From the human T2T-CHM13v2.0 reference genome, Homo sapiens, in assembly GCF_009914755.1 (NCBI RefSeq), contig NC_060927.1: a DNA stretch of 64,000 nt, one strand, 5' to 3'. Below are positions 15,383 to 31,923 of the stretch, piece after piece. Under the pieces are notes generated by a model. It saw only the letters and a list, made by a program, of their open reading frames with translations, was not told where the DNA came from and did no database searches. How positions within the stretch are numbered: the stretch's first letter is position 1; each line of letters begins with the position of its first letter. The translations under genes were made by a program, and so were the position numbers.

Positions 15383-16771
15383 TCTTTGTTGTTTTTTTTA
15401 AATCTCGTACATCAAAGGGGTTAAATGACTTTGTTCAGAGCCAATGGCTCAGCAGTACCTATAAGAAGAAAAGGCAACCTTAGTTGTTTCTTAATTAAGA
15501 CTGTCGTAGCATAAGGAGTGTTGAGAAATTAATTTGGCAGCCTAAATTAACGTGCATGACTGTAACAATCATCTCCGATTTACTTTTTTGAGAAGCTAAG
15601 CAAGTATTGATTCATTTCTGCAGACTCCTGTGAGTAATCACATTCAAAGTAGACAACATAAATTATTAAGAACCTGCTTTTGCTTGGTAACTAACTTCAT
15701 GCTGAAAGAGCAAATGTCAAAATACATTAGAAGAAATGGTTTGAATCAATTTTTTGTTAACTTTAAGAATGTCTCACCAAAACTAACTTATAAGTGAATG
15801 TCTTAGTTTCTGTATTACTTTTCAGAAAATCACCTTTTAGTGCTAGAAGGAAACTGAGGAGTCATCCAACCTAATCCAAACAGAAATATGTGGAGGTAGG
15901 AAAGATTTTATGATTGTGAAAGCTGGATATTTAGCAACCTAATTGATTTTTGTATCAACCAGCAATTAGTTTTTAAGCTGGAGTAATTAACTCTCTTAAT
16001 ACTCAGAAATCACTCAATATAACTGTGACTAAGTTGTGTTTAAGGACCAACTCTAACTGACTGTAACTAAGAAGACGATGAGGGGACACAATAATAGGTA
16101 ATGGTTCATTCTTTCTATAGGTAATATCTTTATATTGACCCCTAACAACATGTTGAAAAGGCTTGTTGGTGACAAGACATGTTGGCAGTGTTTGGTGATG
16201 AGATAAGCTAGGGTTTTAAATTCTTTTTGTTTGTACTTTTTCATATTACTTATTTTTTTCCATGGAACCTCTATTATTTGTAATTTGAAAAATTATATGC
16301 ATTAATATTTTAGAGAAATATATTTTCTATTTCTGACTCTCTGCAATGAAGAGAAAACTAGGAGGTCACAAAATGACTTTCTGTTAAAAGTCTAAGTAGA
16401 TTATAGTTTATCTAATGCTACTTTCTTACTTGTATATTCAACCTCTGTTCCACCTCTGGCCTGGGTTACCAGGTGCCAGTGCCTATCATGCAACTAGAGC
16501 CTTTGTTTTGCCTTTTCCCACCCACATCCATGTCCCCTGCATGGTGCATCTCTACTTAAACATCACAGAGCTGATGAAGGGGGCAGCAGGCTGCACACAA
16601 GCCTGGTGGCAGTTACACAGGTTTCTATTTCATGGTGGTGAGAGAGTAGCTGTAGTTGTAGAATTGTGGCTGATTTTACTATTGTTTCTTTTTCACATCT
16701 GTATATTCCAGCATTTCTGCATGGGAATATTATTTAATTTAAAGTCAGTAAAAATTCTATAAAATATGTAA

Positions 16772-17098
<327 letters not shown>

Positions 17099-17769
17099 AG
17101 TTTATATTACTTATAGATGACTTATAAAATAAGTTAAATTTTATTTCCTGCAATATAGGAAGGATGTAAACATTTTAGAAGAGATTGAGATTAGCGATTT
17201 GCTTATGACTACATAGCAAGGAAACAGAGAGACTCTAAAATAATTATCTTTTTGTGAAGTGTTCATTAATTTTTTTTTTTGTATTTAGTCTTAAAAAGCT
17301 GAGGCAAGTTAGTAAGAAATAAAAAGAGAAAGCCTGGAACCGTTTAGCATGTAAGAATAAAATGAATTATATGATGGATTTTCTTTTCTTTATTTTCCTC
17401 AATAGCAAACATTTGCTCATTTTTCTCTACTTTAATAAACAACCAAGGTAAAATTGCTTCTGAAGACCTGAATTTGGAACAGCAAGATTTGAGTGATAAA
17501 AACTTGTTTTGCAAATGTATGGTATAAATGGAATAAAGCTGATATTGACAAATGCTCATGATAAGAAATTGCAGAAGAATGAGAATGACTTTTCAAAGAA
17601 ATAAATTGTCTTGTAGAATATTGCATTTTGACTTTTAAGTCAATCTGAATTTTTTAAAAACAGATAAGTTGAGCCTATTCACATGTAGTAATTTGATAGA
17701 TATTTGATTTTTTTATCTGCAGATAATAATTCATAACATAATATTTACTGGGTATCTTTCATTCTGTAG

Positions 17770-18497
<728 letters not shown>

Positions 18498-18499
18498 TT

Positions 18500-19350
18500 C
18501 TTTGCTTTTTAAATTAAATGTTTTCTTTTATTTTGTAATACTTTTTTGTGTTTAGAAAGATTTGTATTTTCAAAAAGTATTATCTTATTTTGATACTTGC
18601 ATTTAATGGTCTTCGTCCTTAGATTTTTACTCCTCTGTCACCCTTAATTTCCTTTTATTTCTACCTATTATCTTTACAGCAGTCAATGAACATATTATAT
18701 TTTCACTCAATTTTATTTCTTTTTGTGTTATTTTGATTTTGACAGAGCAAATAATATTTACATACTAATTTTTCTCTCTCATTCTCACCTATGTTATAGT
18801 CATAGATCTAAATGTAAGCTGGCTAGATTTGTTTTTCATTTTTTGATGTAGTTTATAGAGCCTTGTAGGTTTATTTTGGTCATTTAATTAAGCATATTTA
18901 ATCATCATTACCAGTTATTTCACTGGTTTCCCTAATGATCTCTTTGTTAAATTAAATTCATCTTTTAGTAGATTACCAGGAAAGACTCCTGGATGTCTTT
19001 AATATCTGAAAAACAGTGTGGCTGGATATAAAATCTTTTCCTTACATTTCTCCCTTTAAGTTTATGGGCAGTGCTATTGCACTGTTTACTTGCTTTGACC
19101 GTTGCTGACAAGAATTGTGATGCCAACCTGATTTTCCTTCCTTTGTAAATGACTTTTTGATTTTGCTTGGAAACCCAGAGGGATCTTTTCTTTTAAATTT
19201 CAATAATTTTACTAGGATATGTCTCACAGTTGACCTTTCTGGATTGATTTTTTTTCTTTTGATAAATGATAGATCCATTCAATATGTAGATCTAGGCCTT
19301 CCTCTATTTCAGAGAACTTTTATTGAATTATAGTTTTAAATATCAGTTCC
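18500..19350 (-). mobile_element. Ancient L1M ORF1-region remnant
   Basis: ORF 19042..19278(-) contains PERSTVRHILVKLLKFK, resembling the L1 ORF1p TPRHIIVK motif. Confidence 0.7.
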
Positions 19351-19450
19351 TACCCATTGGGAATTGGGTCGCTAGAGGACAGGGTAAGGAGGAACTTTCA
19401 TTCTACTTTTTGTGTTTTGTGCTATATGTGATTTATTCAAAAATAAATAA

Positions 19451-19940
<490 letters not shown>

Positions 19941-20237
19941 TGAAATACTAAAAATACCTGGATGTGCTATATGAAACAATTTAATGAAAGTAGTTGTTAT
20001 GTCCTCTATAAGGTAACTTTTAAAGCTATTACTCAATGCTGTGCTTCTGAATATTCAGAAAATAAATTGGATTATTGGTTTAGTATCAAAAAAGTTCTTC
20101 TGCTCTGATAATCTGATTTGCTTTCAATGTGTATGTACTAAATTGTGGTATCATCATGTTTCACTCCTTCCTTTGGCAATTAAAAGCTGTAGTACTAAGT
20201 CTGAGCTATTATTGTATTATTAAGAGTAACACTAAAT

Positions 20238-22048
<1,811 letters not shown>

Positions 22049-22132
22049 TTAGAATTTAAAATAACTGGAGTTAAATTTGTGATCTGTCCAAAGTTAGTAA
22101 ATAAGACTTCATGACATGCATTAAAAATTATT

Positions 22133-22434
22133 TTTATCATTATTATTATTATTGAGACAGAGTCTTACTCTGTTGCCCAGACTGGAGTGCAGTGGCACGA
22201 TCTTGGCCACTGCAACCTCTGACTCCCAGGCTCAAGCAATTCTCCTCCTTCACCCTCCCAAGTAGCTGGGATTACAGGCGTGTGCCACTACTGCCTGGCT
22301 AATGTTTATATTTTTAGTAGAGACAGGGTTTCACGATGTGGGCCAAGATGGTCTTGAATTCCTGACCTCAAATGATCATCCACCTCGGCCTCCCACAGTG
22401 CTGGGATTACAGGCATGAGCCACCGTGCCCATCC
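22133..22434 (-). mobile_element. AluS with (TTA)n tail
   Basis: Antisense dimer with TAAAAATTATT-like flanks on both sides. Confidence 0.92.
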
Positions 22435-22625
22435 TAAAAAATTATTAACTCCATTCTTCTCTCCATTTTTATAACCCATTCTTGTTTTAAGTGCTTACTA
22501 CAGTAGTACATATGACTCCCAGAAAACCTTAAAAAATGTAAGCTAGCTAGATTTGTTTTTTGTTTTTTGATGTCCTTTATAGAGCCTTATAGGTTTATTT
22601 TGATCATTTAAAAATACATGGTATA

Positions 22626-22962
<337 letters not shown>

Positions 22963-23452
22963 TCATTTTTTATGTGAATCTGTTGAAGTAACTGGTTATA
23001 GATACCCACTAGAACCTAATTATACCACACTGATTTGTAGTGTGACTTTTTGTACAGCAAACATCTCCCTGAGAATGGCAGGAACTGTTGAGATTGTGTA
23101 ACTTTCTAATATGTAAGATTTGAATTTTTATTCTATAACTATAAAAACAATCAGTCAATGGAGAAGAGGTTCAGAAATATTATAGATTTTGGCACAGCTT
23201 CTTTTCCATGTCAGGAACACTGGTAGAGACTTTCCCAGCTTCCACTGCTTGTTCTCTCCAGGCTGATTTCTTCAAAGGCATTCTTACTTTTCCTTAGGTC
23301 TGGGAGTATGATACAAAACAGGAAAAAATTTTGGCTATGACCTGGGTTTGAATTCTAATTTTGTCACTAACTATATGAGATTGAAACTCTTACTTAAGTT
23401 CTAATCTTTTCACATAAATGAACATAAGAACATCTACCTTATTTGGTGGTTT

Positions 23453-24883
23453 TGTGTCCGGAATTGGTGGGTTCTTGGTTTCGCTGACTTCAAGAATGAA
23501 GCCGTAGACCCTCGCAGTGAGTGTTACTGTTCTTAAAGATGGTGTGTCTAGAGTTTATTCCTTCAGATGTTCAGATGTGTCCGGAGTTTCTTCCTCCTGG
23601 TGGGTTTGTTGTCTTGCTGGCTTCAGGAGTGAAGCTGCACACCTTCACTGTGAGTGATACAGCTCTTAATGGCGGCGCATCTGGAGTCGTTCGTTCTTCC
23701 CGTCCGGAGGAGTTGTTTGTCCCTCCCAGTGGGTTCATGGTCTCGCTGGCTTCAGGAGTGAAGCTGCAGCCTTCACGGTGAGTGTTACAGCTCATAAAGG
23801 TGACACAGACCCAAAGAGTGAGCAGCAGCAAGATTTATTGCAAAGAGCAAAAGAACAAAGCTTCCACAGCGCGGAAGGGGACCTAAGCAGGTTCCAGCTG
23901 CTAGCTGGGGCAGCCTGCTTTTATTCCCTTATCTGACCCCACCCACATCCTGCTGATTGGTCCATTTTACAGAGAGCAGATTGGCCCATTTTACAGAGAG
24001 CTGATTGGTCCATTTTGACAGGGTGCTGATTGGTGCTTGAGCTAGACACAGAGTGCTGATTGGTGCATTTACAATCCTTTAGCTAGACACAGAAGTTCTC
24101 CAAGTCCCCCCTAGATTAGTTAGACACAGAGCACTGATTGGTGCATTTACAAACCTTGACCTAGACACATAGTGCTGATTGGTGCATTTACAATCCTTTA
24201 GCTAGACATAAAAGTGCTACAAGTCCCCACCCAACTCAGGAGCCCAGCTGGCTTCCCCTAGTGGATCCCGTGCTGGGGCTGTGGGTGGAGCTGCCCACCA
24301 GTCCTGCACAGTGTGCCTGCACTCGTCAGCCCTTGGGCGGTCAATGGGACACAGCACCATGGAGCAGGGGGCGGTGCCCGTCAGGGAGGCTTGGGCCGTG
24401 TGGGAGCCCAGGGGGGCCGGGGGGTGGGGGCTCGGGCATGGCAGGCTGCAGGTCCCGAGCCCTGCCCCGCAGGGAGGCGGCTGATGCCTGGTGAGAATTT
24501 GAGTGAGGCACGGATGGGCCGGCAGTGCTGGGGGACCCAGCGCACCCTCTGCAGCTGCTGTCCTGGGTGGTAAGCCACTCACTGCCCAGGGCTGGTGGCA
24601 GTGCTGGCGGGAAGCTCCGAGTGCAGGGCCCGCGGAGCCCACGCCAACCTGGAACTCACACTGGCCTGTGAGTGCCAGACGCAGCCCCAGTTCCCGCCCG
24701 CACCTCTCCCTCCACACCTCCCCACAAGCAGAGGGAGCCGGCTGAGGCCTCGGCCAGCCCAGAGAGGGGCTCCCACAGTGCAACGGGGGGCTGAAGGGCT
24801 CCTCAAGCATGGCCAGAGTGGATGCCGAGGCCTGAGGAGGTGCCAAGAGCGAGCAAGGGCTCCTAGCACGTTGTCACCTCTCA
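23453..24883 (-). mobile_element. LTR12 (HERV9) solo LTR, LTR12D/E-like
   Basis: TGTGTCCGGAATTGGTGGG...GTCACCTCTCA termini, CTGATTGG tandem array 23953-24183, GC-rich U3, 4-bp TSD GTTT. Appears inserted into a MIR. Confidence 0.95.
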
Positions 24884-25520
24884 GTTTTGGAAATTAATTG
24901 ATAATAAATGGAAGGTGATATACACACTGGTTAAATATATGTCAGCTTGCTTATCTTTCCTGCTCTCTGTGCTTCGAGACAAATTTCAAAGGAGCTTCCT
25001 CAGCAAACATGAATTCCTGTGTTATTGCTTTCAAGGATAATGTGACATTACTTAATAGACCAGAAATGGAAAAGCAGCCTTGTGGATAGCTCCCAATTTG
25101 GAAAGTTCCTTGCATTAATATGTTTATTGGTTTATTCTTTCAAGCCAAAGGTAAACTTTGCAGAGGAGACTGTGTAACACCAAGCAGTGGCACTTGTGAT
25201 AGTCACGTTATTTTCCTTTTCCTGTATCTTATCAGTAAAAGTCAACCAATCAGTTATAGCCTTATACTATGGAAGTCAGCTTCCATAGCATGGATTTCTC
25301 AATGTGAGTCCACACTTAAGAAAGTACACTCCATTCAGCTTTACTGAAATGAACACACTTCTAAGGCTGACAGGCATGGATCAATTTCACTTCTGTAACC
25401 AATGAAAAATGCTCTCTTGTGTCCAACACAAAACATCTTTTTAAGACTGTCATCACCACAGCCTTGCCTCTGTCCAGCACATCTCCAAGCAAACTCTTGT
25501 CAAAAAAATCTATACAGTAT

Positions 25521-26370
25521 TGTGATATTGTGAAATACGTATTTGGTATTTGGTATGTAAATGTTATGTATCCCATTTCCTGGCATTCAACTTTTAAAAT
25601 CTTTAAAAATGCCTGAGTGATGTCTTTTTGTATGCTAATGAGTTGACGTAGGGCTGGCAGCCTCTAGGTAGCTTCAGAACTAGGGGCTGGTCACCAGAAA
25701 ACCAGTGGAGAATTAGAGGGCTGGGGCTTTCAGTCCCACCTCCTAACCTCCAGGGAGGAGAGAGAGACTGAAGATTGAGTTGATCACCAATGGCCAATGG
25801 TTTAACCAATCATGCCTACATAATGAAGCCTCCATGAAAGCCCGAAAGACAGGGTTCAGAGATTTGTAGATAGCTGAATACAGGGAGGTTCCTGAAGAGT
25901 GCCACCCAGGGAGGGCATGGAAGCTCTGTATGCCCCTTTCCTCATACCTCACCCTGTGCATCTCTTCATCTGTATTCTTTGTAATGCCTTTTATAATAAA
26001 CCAGTAAACATGTTTCCTTGAATTTTGTGAGGTGCTCTGGCAAATTAATCAAACCCAAAGAGAAGATCTTGAGAACCCCAACTTGAAGCCAGTGGGTCAG
26101 AAGTTCTGGAGGCCCAAACTAGCAATTGTTGGTGTCTGGGGAAGGGGGCAGTCTTAGGGACTGAACCCTCAATCTGTGGGATGTGATGCTATCTCCAGCT
26201 ACATAGTGTCAGAATTAAATTGGAGGACACCCATTTATCCACTGCAGAACTGATTGCTTGCTTAGTGATGGGTAGAACCCAGCCCTCTCCACCAAATTTG
26301 GTCACAGAAGTTGTCTGTGTTGATTGTTGATTGTTGTTGTTCAGTGAGAGAATATAAAAACCACTTTGCA
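25521..26370 (+). mobile_element. MER21-family LTR
   Basis: Starts TGTGATATTGTGAAAT. Contains GGGGCTGGTCACCAGAAAA, CAATCATGCCTACATAATGAAGCCTCCA and AATAAA near 25995. Confidence 0.8.
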
Positions 26371-27529
26371 TGCTTTTGAATTGAATACACATAGACCAAT
26401 AACAAAAGGTCTGCTCCATCAAAGTCTTAGATTTAGTGGCAGAAATAGATAACACACATAATTGTAGCAAAATATAAGGAGTGCTATAATTTGTGTCTCA
26501 ATAGCATACTACGACAATAAAGAGGAGGGATTTGCCATCTTTGTCTATGGCAGCTGGTTTGGGGGTGGGGTTTCACTGGCAAACAACATTTCCATTGCAC
26601 TTTGAAAACTGTGTAGACGTTGAAACAATAGAAATCGTTGAAGATGATGAAATTGCATCTGGAAAGACCCAGAGCCATGAACAAGGCATGGGATTTATGT
26701 AGTGAGTGGAAGGAAGTTTTCGATGATGGGCAAAAGAGAAATATGACAGTAATAAGGCAGGTGAAGGTGAGAGTAAATATATGTAATGTTGGAATCAGAG
26801 AAGGACATTTGAATAAATTTAGTGCATAGAGTATTCATTTTGTTTTCTGGAAAGCGGTAAGTAGTTTTTTTCTCCTGGATATGAAAGTGAAAGCTTGCGC
26901 AGGAGTGTGAAGTTATAAAATGGTCACCTTGGTGAATAGGAAAAATATCTGAATGAATACAGACATAAGGATTGCCAAGCTGTACTGAGGACTAAGTTGA
27001 GTTTGGAAATGGTAAATATGCAATAAGTCCAAGCAGTACAGTTATGCAATTTTTCCCAAGCAGTGTTTGGCAGCTTATGAATTTCTGTTGCGCAAGCAGA
27101 TGGTTGGATTAATCACAGGTTAGGGACCGGTAATTCTCATGGGCTGAAAAGACAAGAGGTTTAGGCACTGGAGGGTACAGGCAAGAATTCGTGAATTGGT
27201 AGTCCAGGTTACGTAGGGAAGGAAGAAATGGGGCCATGATTTTGGGAATTCAAAGTAATGCTATACATGAAACATGAGACTGTGTGAGTTTTATAGTTGC
27301 GAACAAGATGTGTAAATGTATTTTTGATGGAAAATAGTGGAATAAGACAAATTAAGTATATTCCGAGTATAATGGCAATGCCTGGGTATTAGGCTGAGTG
27401 GGACCATGGACTCAGTAATTAGCTCTCCTTAGCTCAAAGTTTATGCCTGCAGTTTAGATAAACGTGTGTTTATTAAAATGACAAAGATAAAAGAATAAAT
27501 GTTTAAAATCATAATGTATGCTGGACCAA

Positions 27530-27995
27530 TCAAAACAAACCTGCTCTTTCTTAGTCTCCTTCTTCATAGTAAATGACACTATATTTTTTAGGTGCTTAAT
27601 CCCAAAAGATAGGGTCTTTCTTCTCTATCTCTCTCACTACACGTTTCACCATGGACAGATTTTGTTGGCTCTACCTTGAAAATATAGCACACATTTTCCA
27701 TACCTTATCACTTTTATACTGTAACCCTAGTCCAAGCCCCCATCATCTATCATCTAGGTCACTGCAGTAGCCTCCTACCTGCTTTCCACTTCTACAGCCT
27801 ATTTTCCACTGAGGAGTCAGAGCTTTCCTCAATGTGAATCAAGTCGTGCCATTCCTCTGCTCAAAAGTCTTCTTGCATTCTGAGAAAAAGTCCCACACCA
27901 TTATCATGGTCTACTGCATCCTGCACAATCTGGCTCTTCATTACACTTCTCCCTCATCCCCATCTCCTTCCACCTCACCCACTGGACTCCTTGGT
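27530..27995 (+). mobile_element. L2 fragment
   Basis: L2-like CCCTAGTCCAAGCCCCCATCATCT...ACTGCAGTAGCCTCCTA...TCCTCTGCTCAAAA. Confidence 0.75.
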
Positions 27996-27999
27996 GTTT

Positions 28000-28178
28000 C
28001 ATTAGATATTTTTAATATTGTCTATGTGTTGAATTGATAACATTTTATTTATAATGGGTTATACTAAACATATTAAAATCGACTTTCACTTGTTTGTTTT
28101 CTTCTGCCTTGTTAATGTGGCTGCTAGAAAATTTAAAATTATATACCGGGTTCACATTATATCTATGGGCAGCATTGG
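28000..28178. mobile_element. MER3-like hAT DNA transposon fragment
   Basis: TTTCACTTGTTT...TTAATGTGGCTGCTAGAAAATTTAAAATTATATA...GGCAGCATTG. Confidence 0.65.
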
Positions 28179-28509
28179 TTATTGAGTCTATGTTGACTGT
28201 GTGTCTTCCCCTAAGTGTCTGGTTGTGGGCTGGGGGCTACTCTTGCACAACAGGGCCAGCAGTCAGGAAGGAGATTTGAATGTGGAGCACAGCAGAGTGA
28301 GCACGAGCTGAAACCCTCCAAGCATATTTTCATCACTGTATTGCCTGTGAACATCTTCAGAGTGTGATGACTCCTACTTCCTCTGAATCTCATGTGAGTT
28401 CCTCTTTTGGCAGCTCTAACTCTAACCTTACAGGAAAGGGGAATATAGAAAACACAGTTCCCAGAAAGAACTAGTTCCAACCAGTCGATTGAACCACTCA
28501 GCACAGCTT

Positions 28510-29030
28510 CTAAAAGAGGACTCCCTGGACTGTTAGGGTCTTGGAAACCATGTCACACAAAAATTGTCTCATGTAACTGAAGATAATCATTCTGGAGAGC
28601 AGAGGATTAAAAAGAGGCATGCCATTAAATATTAGAAACACTTCTGTGTCGAAGACAAAAATTGACTTACACCTATAAATTCTTCAGATTTTCTCTCCTA
28701 AATTCTATGGAAATGTATCAATATTTTCACTGATTAAAATTTTTTTCCCACCTGTTCAAACTCTTCGAGTCTTAATTAGGATGGATGAGTGGAAGTTACA
28801 GGGACTCCAATTTCAATGCCACATAAGAGGGAATGTTCTAACATCTAGAATTGTGACACAAGAGCAGACTATCTCCAAAGGTGATGAGTTACATGTCAAC
28901 TGGAGGTAATCAAACAGCAATTGGATGACCATTTATCAATTGTACTGAAGAATGGATTCTAGAACCTATCCAAAGGTTGGATTGGATGACTTCTGAACTC
29001 TGAACTAAATCTAAAATTTTGTGAGACCCT
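28510..29030 (+). mobile_element. CR1/L3 3'-end remnant
   Basis: GGAAGTTACAGGGA...AGGTGATGAGTT...ACTGGAGGTAATCAAACAG...TGGATGACCATTT...AGGTTGGATTGGATGAC. Confidence 0.55.
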
Positions 29031-29380
29031 AAATTTCATTCACCAGTACTCAATCATTTCCAACTGCTACTTAATTAAGCCTTGGCTTTTCATTCTAGAC
29101 ACAGGAAAATCTTCATTTTCTTTCATCTAGAAAGATGACTAGGACTTTAAAGCTTCATTCTTTGATCTTTTCATAGCCTTGGTCTCCTGGCAAAATGTTT
29201 GTAGTTTTTTCATTGAAAGTGCTTCTTGATCTTTTTTTCAGCTTTCTTCATTAAGACATCTGATAAAGATGACTTCTTTATTGTTGCTTCATTAATGTAA
29301 ATTAACATAAAATACATTTTTCTTCCTTTAAGGGTAATGTGTGCTTATTAAATATATGAGGTATTTATGTATACCTCATG

Positions 29381-29683
29381 TTAATCAAAAAGATAGACAC
29401 CCTCCGGGGGTCTTTTTTTTTCTCACACACTACACATTTAACCATGGACAGATTTTGTTGGCTCTACCTTAAAAATATATCACACATTTTCCATATCTTA
29501 CCACTTTTTTACTGTAACCCTAGTCCAAACCCCTATCATCTGTCATCCAGGTCATTGCAGTAGCCTCCTACCTGCTCTCCACGTCTACAGCCTATTCTCC
29601 ACCGGGAAGTCAGAGCTTTCCTCAACATAAATCAAGTCATGCCATTCCTCTGTTCAAAAGTCTTATTGCATTCTGAGAGAAAG
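29381..29683 (+). repeat. Local duplicate of the L2 segment 27596-27890
   Basis: Colinear match by eye with long exact runs, e.g. ACCATGGACAGATTTTGTTGGCTCTACCTT. Confidence 0.93.
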
Positions 29684-31923
29684 AATACTTCATATTTAAT
29701 GAGCACACAGCACCCTTCAAGGAAGAAAAATAACAAGATATAAAAAAGAAAATAAATACCCTAAAGCCCACAAGCTAGAAATAAACACTTCTAAAATGTT
29801 AGTATAATTACTTCCAGTTTGATAAGAAGTCAGATATGTATTTAACACAATTGAAATCATCCCATATATACATATGTATAACCGGTTTCACTTAATATTA
29901 GGTTGTGAGTTTTTCATTATATAAATAATCCATCTTTACAGACCCAACTATTATTAACAGTGTATAATATTCCATTATGTTGACATCCCAAGGTTTATTT
30001 AAACTTTTCACTATCCTTGGCTATTTAGATTGTCTCTAATATGTAATTTTTACTAATTATTTATTTTTAAATTTCTAATCTCTCATCTCTGGCTGAAATT
30101 TTTACTGTTTAAATGCATAAATAAACAGCTAAATCCTTACTTCATTCCATAGTAGTCATCACTGATATCTACTCAGTTCCTCCAAATTACTACTACTTGT
30201 CCTCTGGATTCTTCATTTATAGTGTATATTCCTTTTTAATTCCTCTGCAGCATGGCACAACATGATTTAATTTTTATAAATCTCAGATAATTTTAGTTTC
30301 TAAATATCTTTTTTTTTGCTTTAAATAAATAACATTAAGATTCCTTAGAAGTATTGGTCAGAATAAGTGACACAATCATCAGATGTTCTGTTTCAAGTCT
30401 CTGGCATGTCCTTTGTTAGAATAATGTTTTCTAAAGTATGCCTTAGAAAAAGTTGATTTAGGTAAGGTTCTTAGGAGACATTAGTATCTAATAGGTGAAT
30501 TTCTTAGATAGTCTTGAAAAAAAGAGGAAAAACACTCTTTTGGCTAAAAACTCAGAAGATTTAAGAATTGCTCTACCTGGTGCTTTTCCCATTTCTGAAT
30601 GTGGCTCAAGTGAGGAAATGTTTCTTATTTTTGATGTCAAGAAGAGCACATAAAGAGACATAAGAAACTGAAAGGATGGAATTATTATACCCAAAGTTCT
30701 TGGTATATCCGGGGACAACTGTTATTACCAGACTCTGAACTTCTGGGTTAAGATATGTAAACTTCTCTTCCTTAATACCTAACAAAATGAGCAAAATTAA
30801 TCAGTCAATCCTAACAAAAAAAAACAGGGAAAGGAGCCTAATATAGCAGCATAAGCTTCAATATTCACAACCAAAAAAATAAATGGAAGATTCTGGAGGG
30901 GAGTGGAAGGATCTGGAAAGGAAAGGCAACACAAGTGGGGTTCAAACTTCCCCTGAATCCAGAAGTCAATCTGGTGCATCTACTAACTCTGGATAGTCTC
31001 ATGGTATCTCCAGCTATGCAGAAAAGCAAACTATCATTACCCTCATCTTTTTGTTTTAGATGGAACTGTGGCAGAAATTGCTGCTGAAAATTATAGGAAA
31101 AATAGGGAAAATGAAAAATGAGGTTGATGCTGTCAGAAATAAAGTCCATGCAGCTACATTCTGGATTTGGAAAATGGCCCAAAGTAGTATAGTACTCTCT
31201 TTTGTCAATCTTCCATCCCTCCGTGGGAATTAGGGCATCCCCAATCAACTTAGAAAACCCTAGCCGAGGACACAGAACCAAATCTTAAAACATGTCAAAA
31301 CCCAGATACCCTCCCACTTCAGCCTTTTCTTTCAGTTCTTTTTCTCTGGAAATGTCTACTGAATACAGAAATGAACACACTGAAATATTTTCATGCATTG
31401 CCTCAGAGGAAGGGTGACCGAAGGAGAGCTCGAGAAACGGAAAGAGAATGAGAACAGAGAGAGGTAAGTGAAGTCACTGCTGCACATTATCATGTAATGT
31501 CTCGACACAGCCCTCCAACCATGAAGAAAAGAAATACAACGACATGTCAACTTCATAATCTTGCTATCTGTAAAAAAAGTAAATAAACAAATCATCAATC
31601 AATCAAAGGAAAGAAGGATAATACCACATACAAAATATTTACAATGGCAATTTTGTGGTGGTAGAATACAAAGTGGTTTTCAAAATCCTTTTTTTATGTG
31701 TGTATGTTTTCTTACATTGTTTGAATGTATTTCAACCCACAAGATATACATCAGAAATACATGGTGTTTTTTTCAATGGAAGCAAATATTTAAAGATGTT
31801 AACTTTTTTTCAGATAAAGAAAAGCATACAAAATATTTATTGCTGCATTTCCGTGCCTTCTCCACAATATTGAGGCCTGAATTAGGTAGGTAGTTGAAAT
31901 CTCTCTAAAAGTGAGTCAGATAT

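Noticed and set aside
24217-24897. Cluster of overlapping GC-rich ORFs / CpG island
   Set aside because: All lie within LTR12 U3, where high GC content makes stop codons rare.
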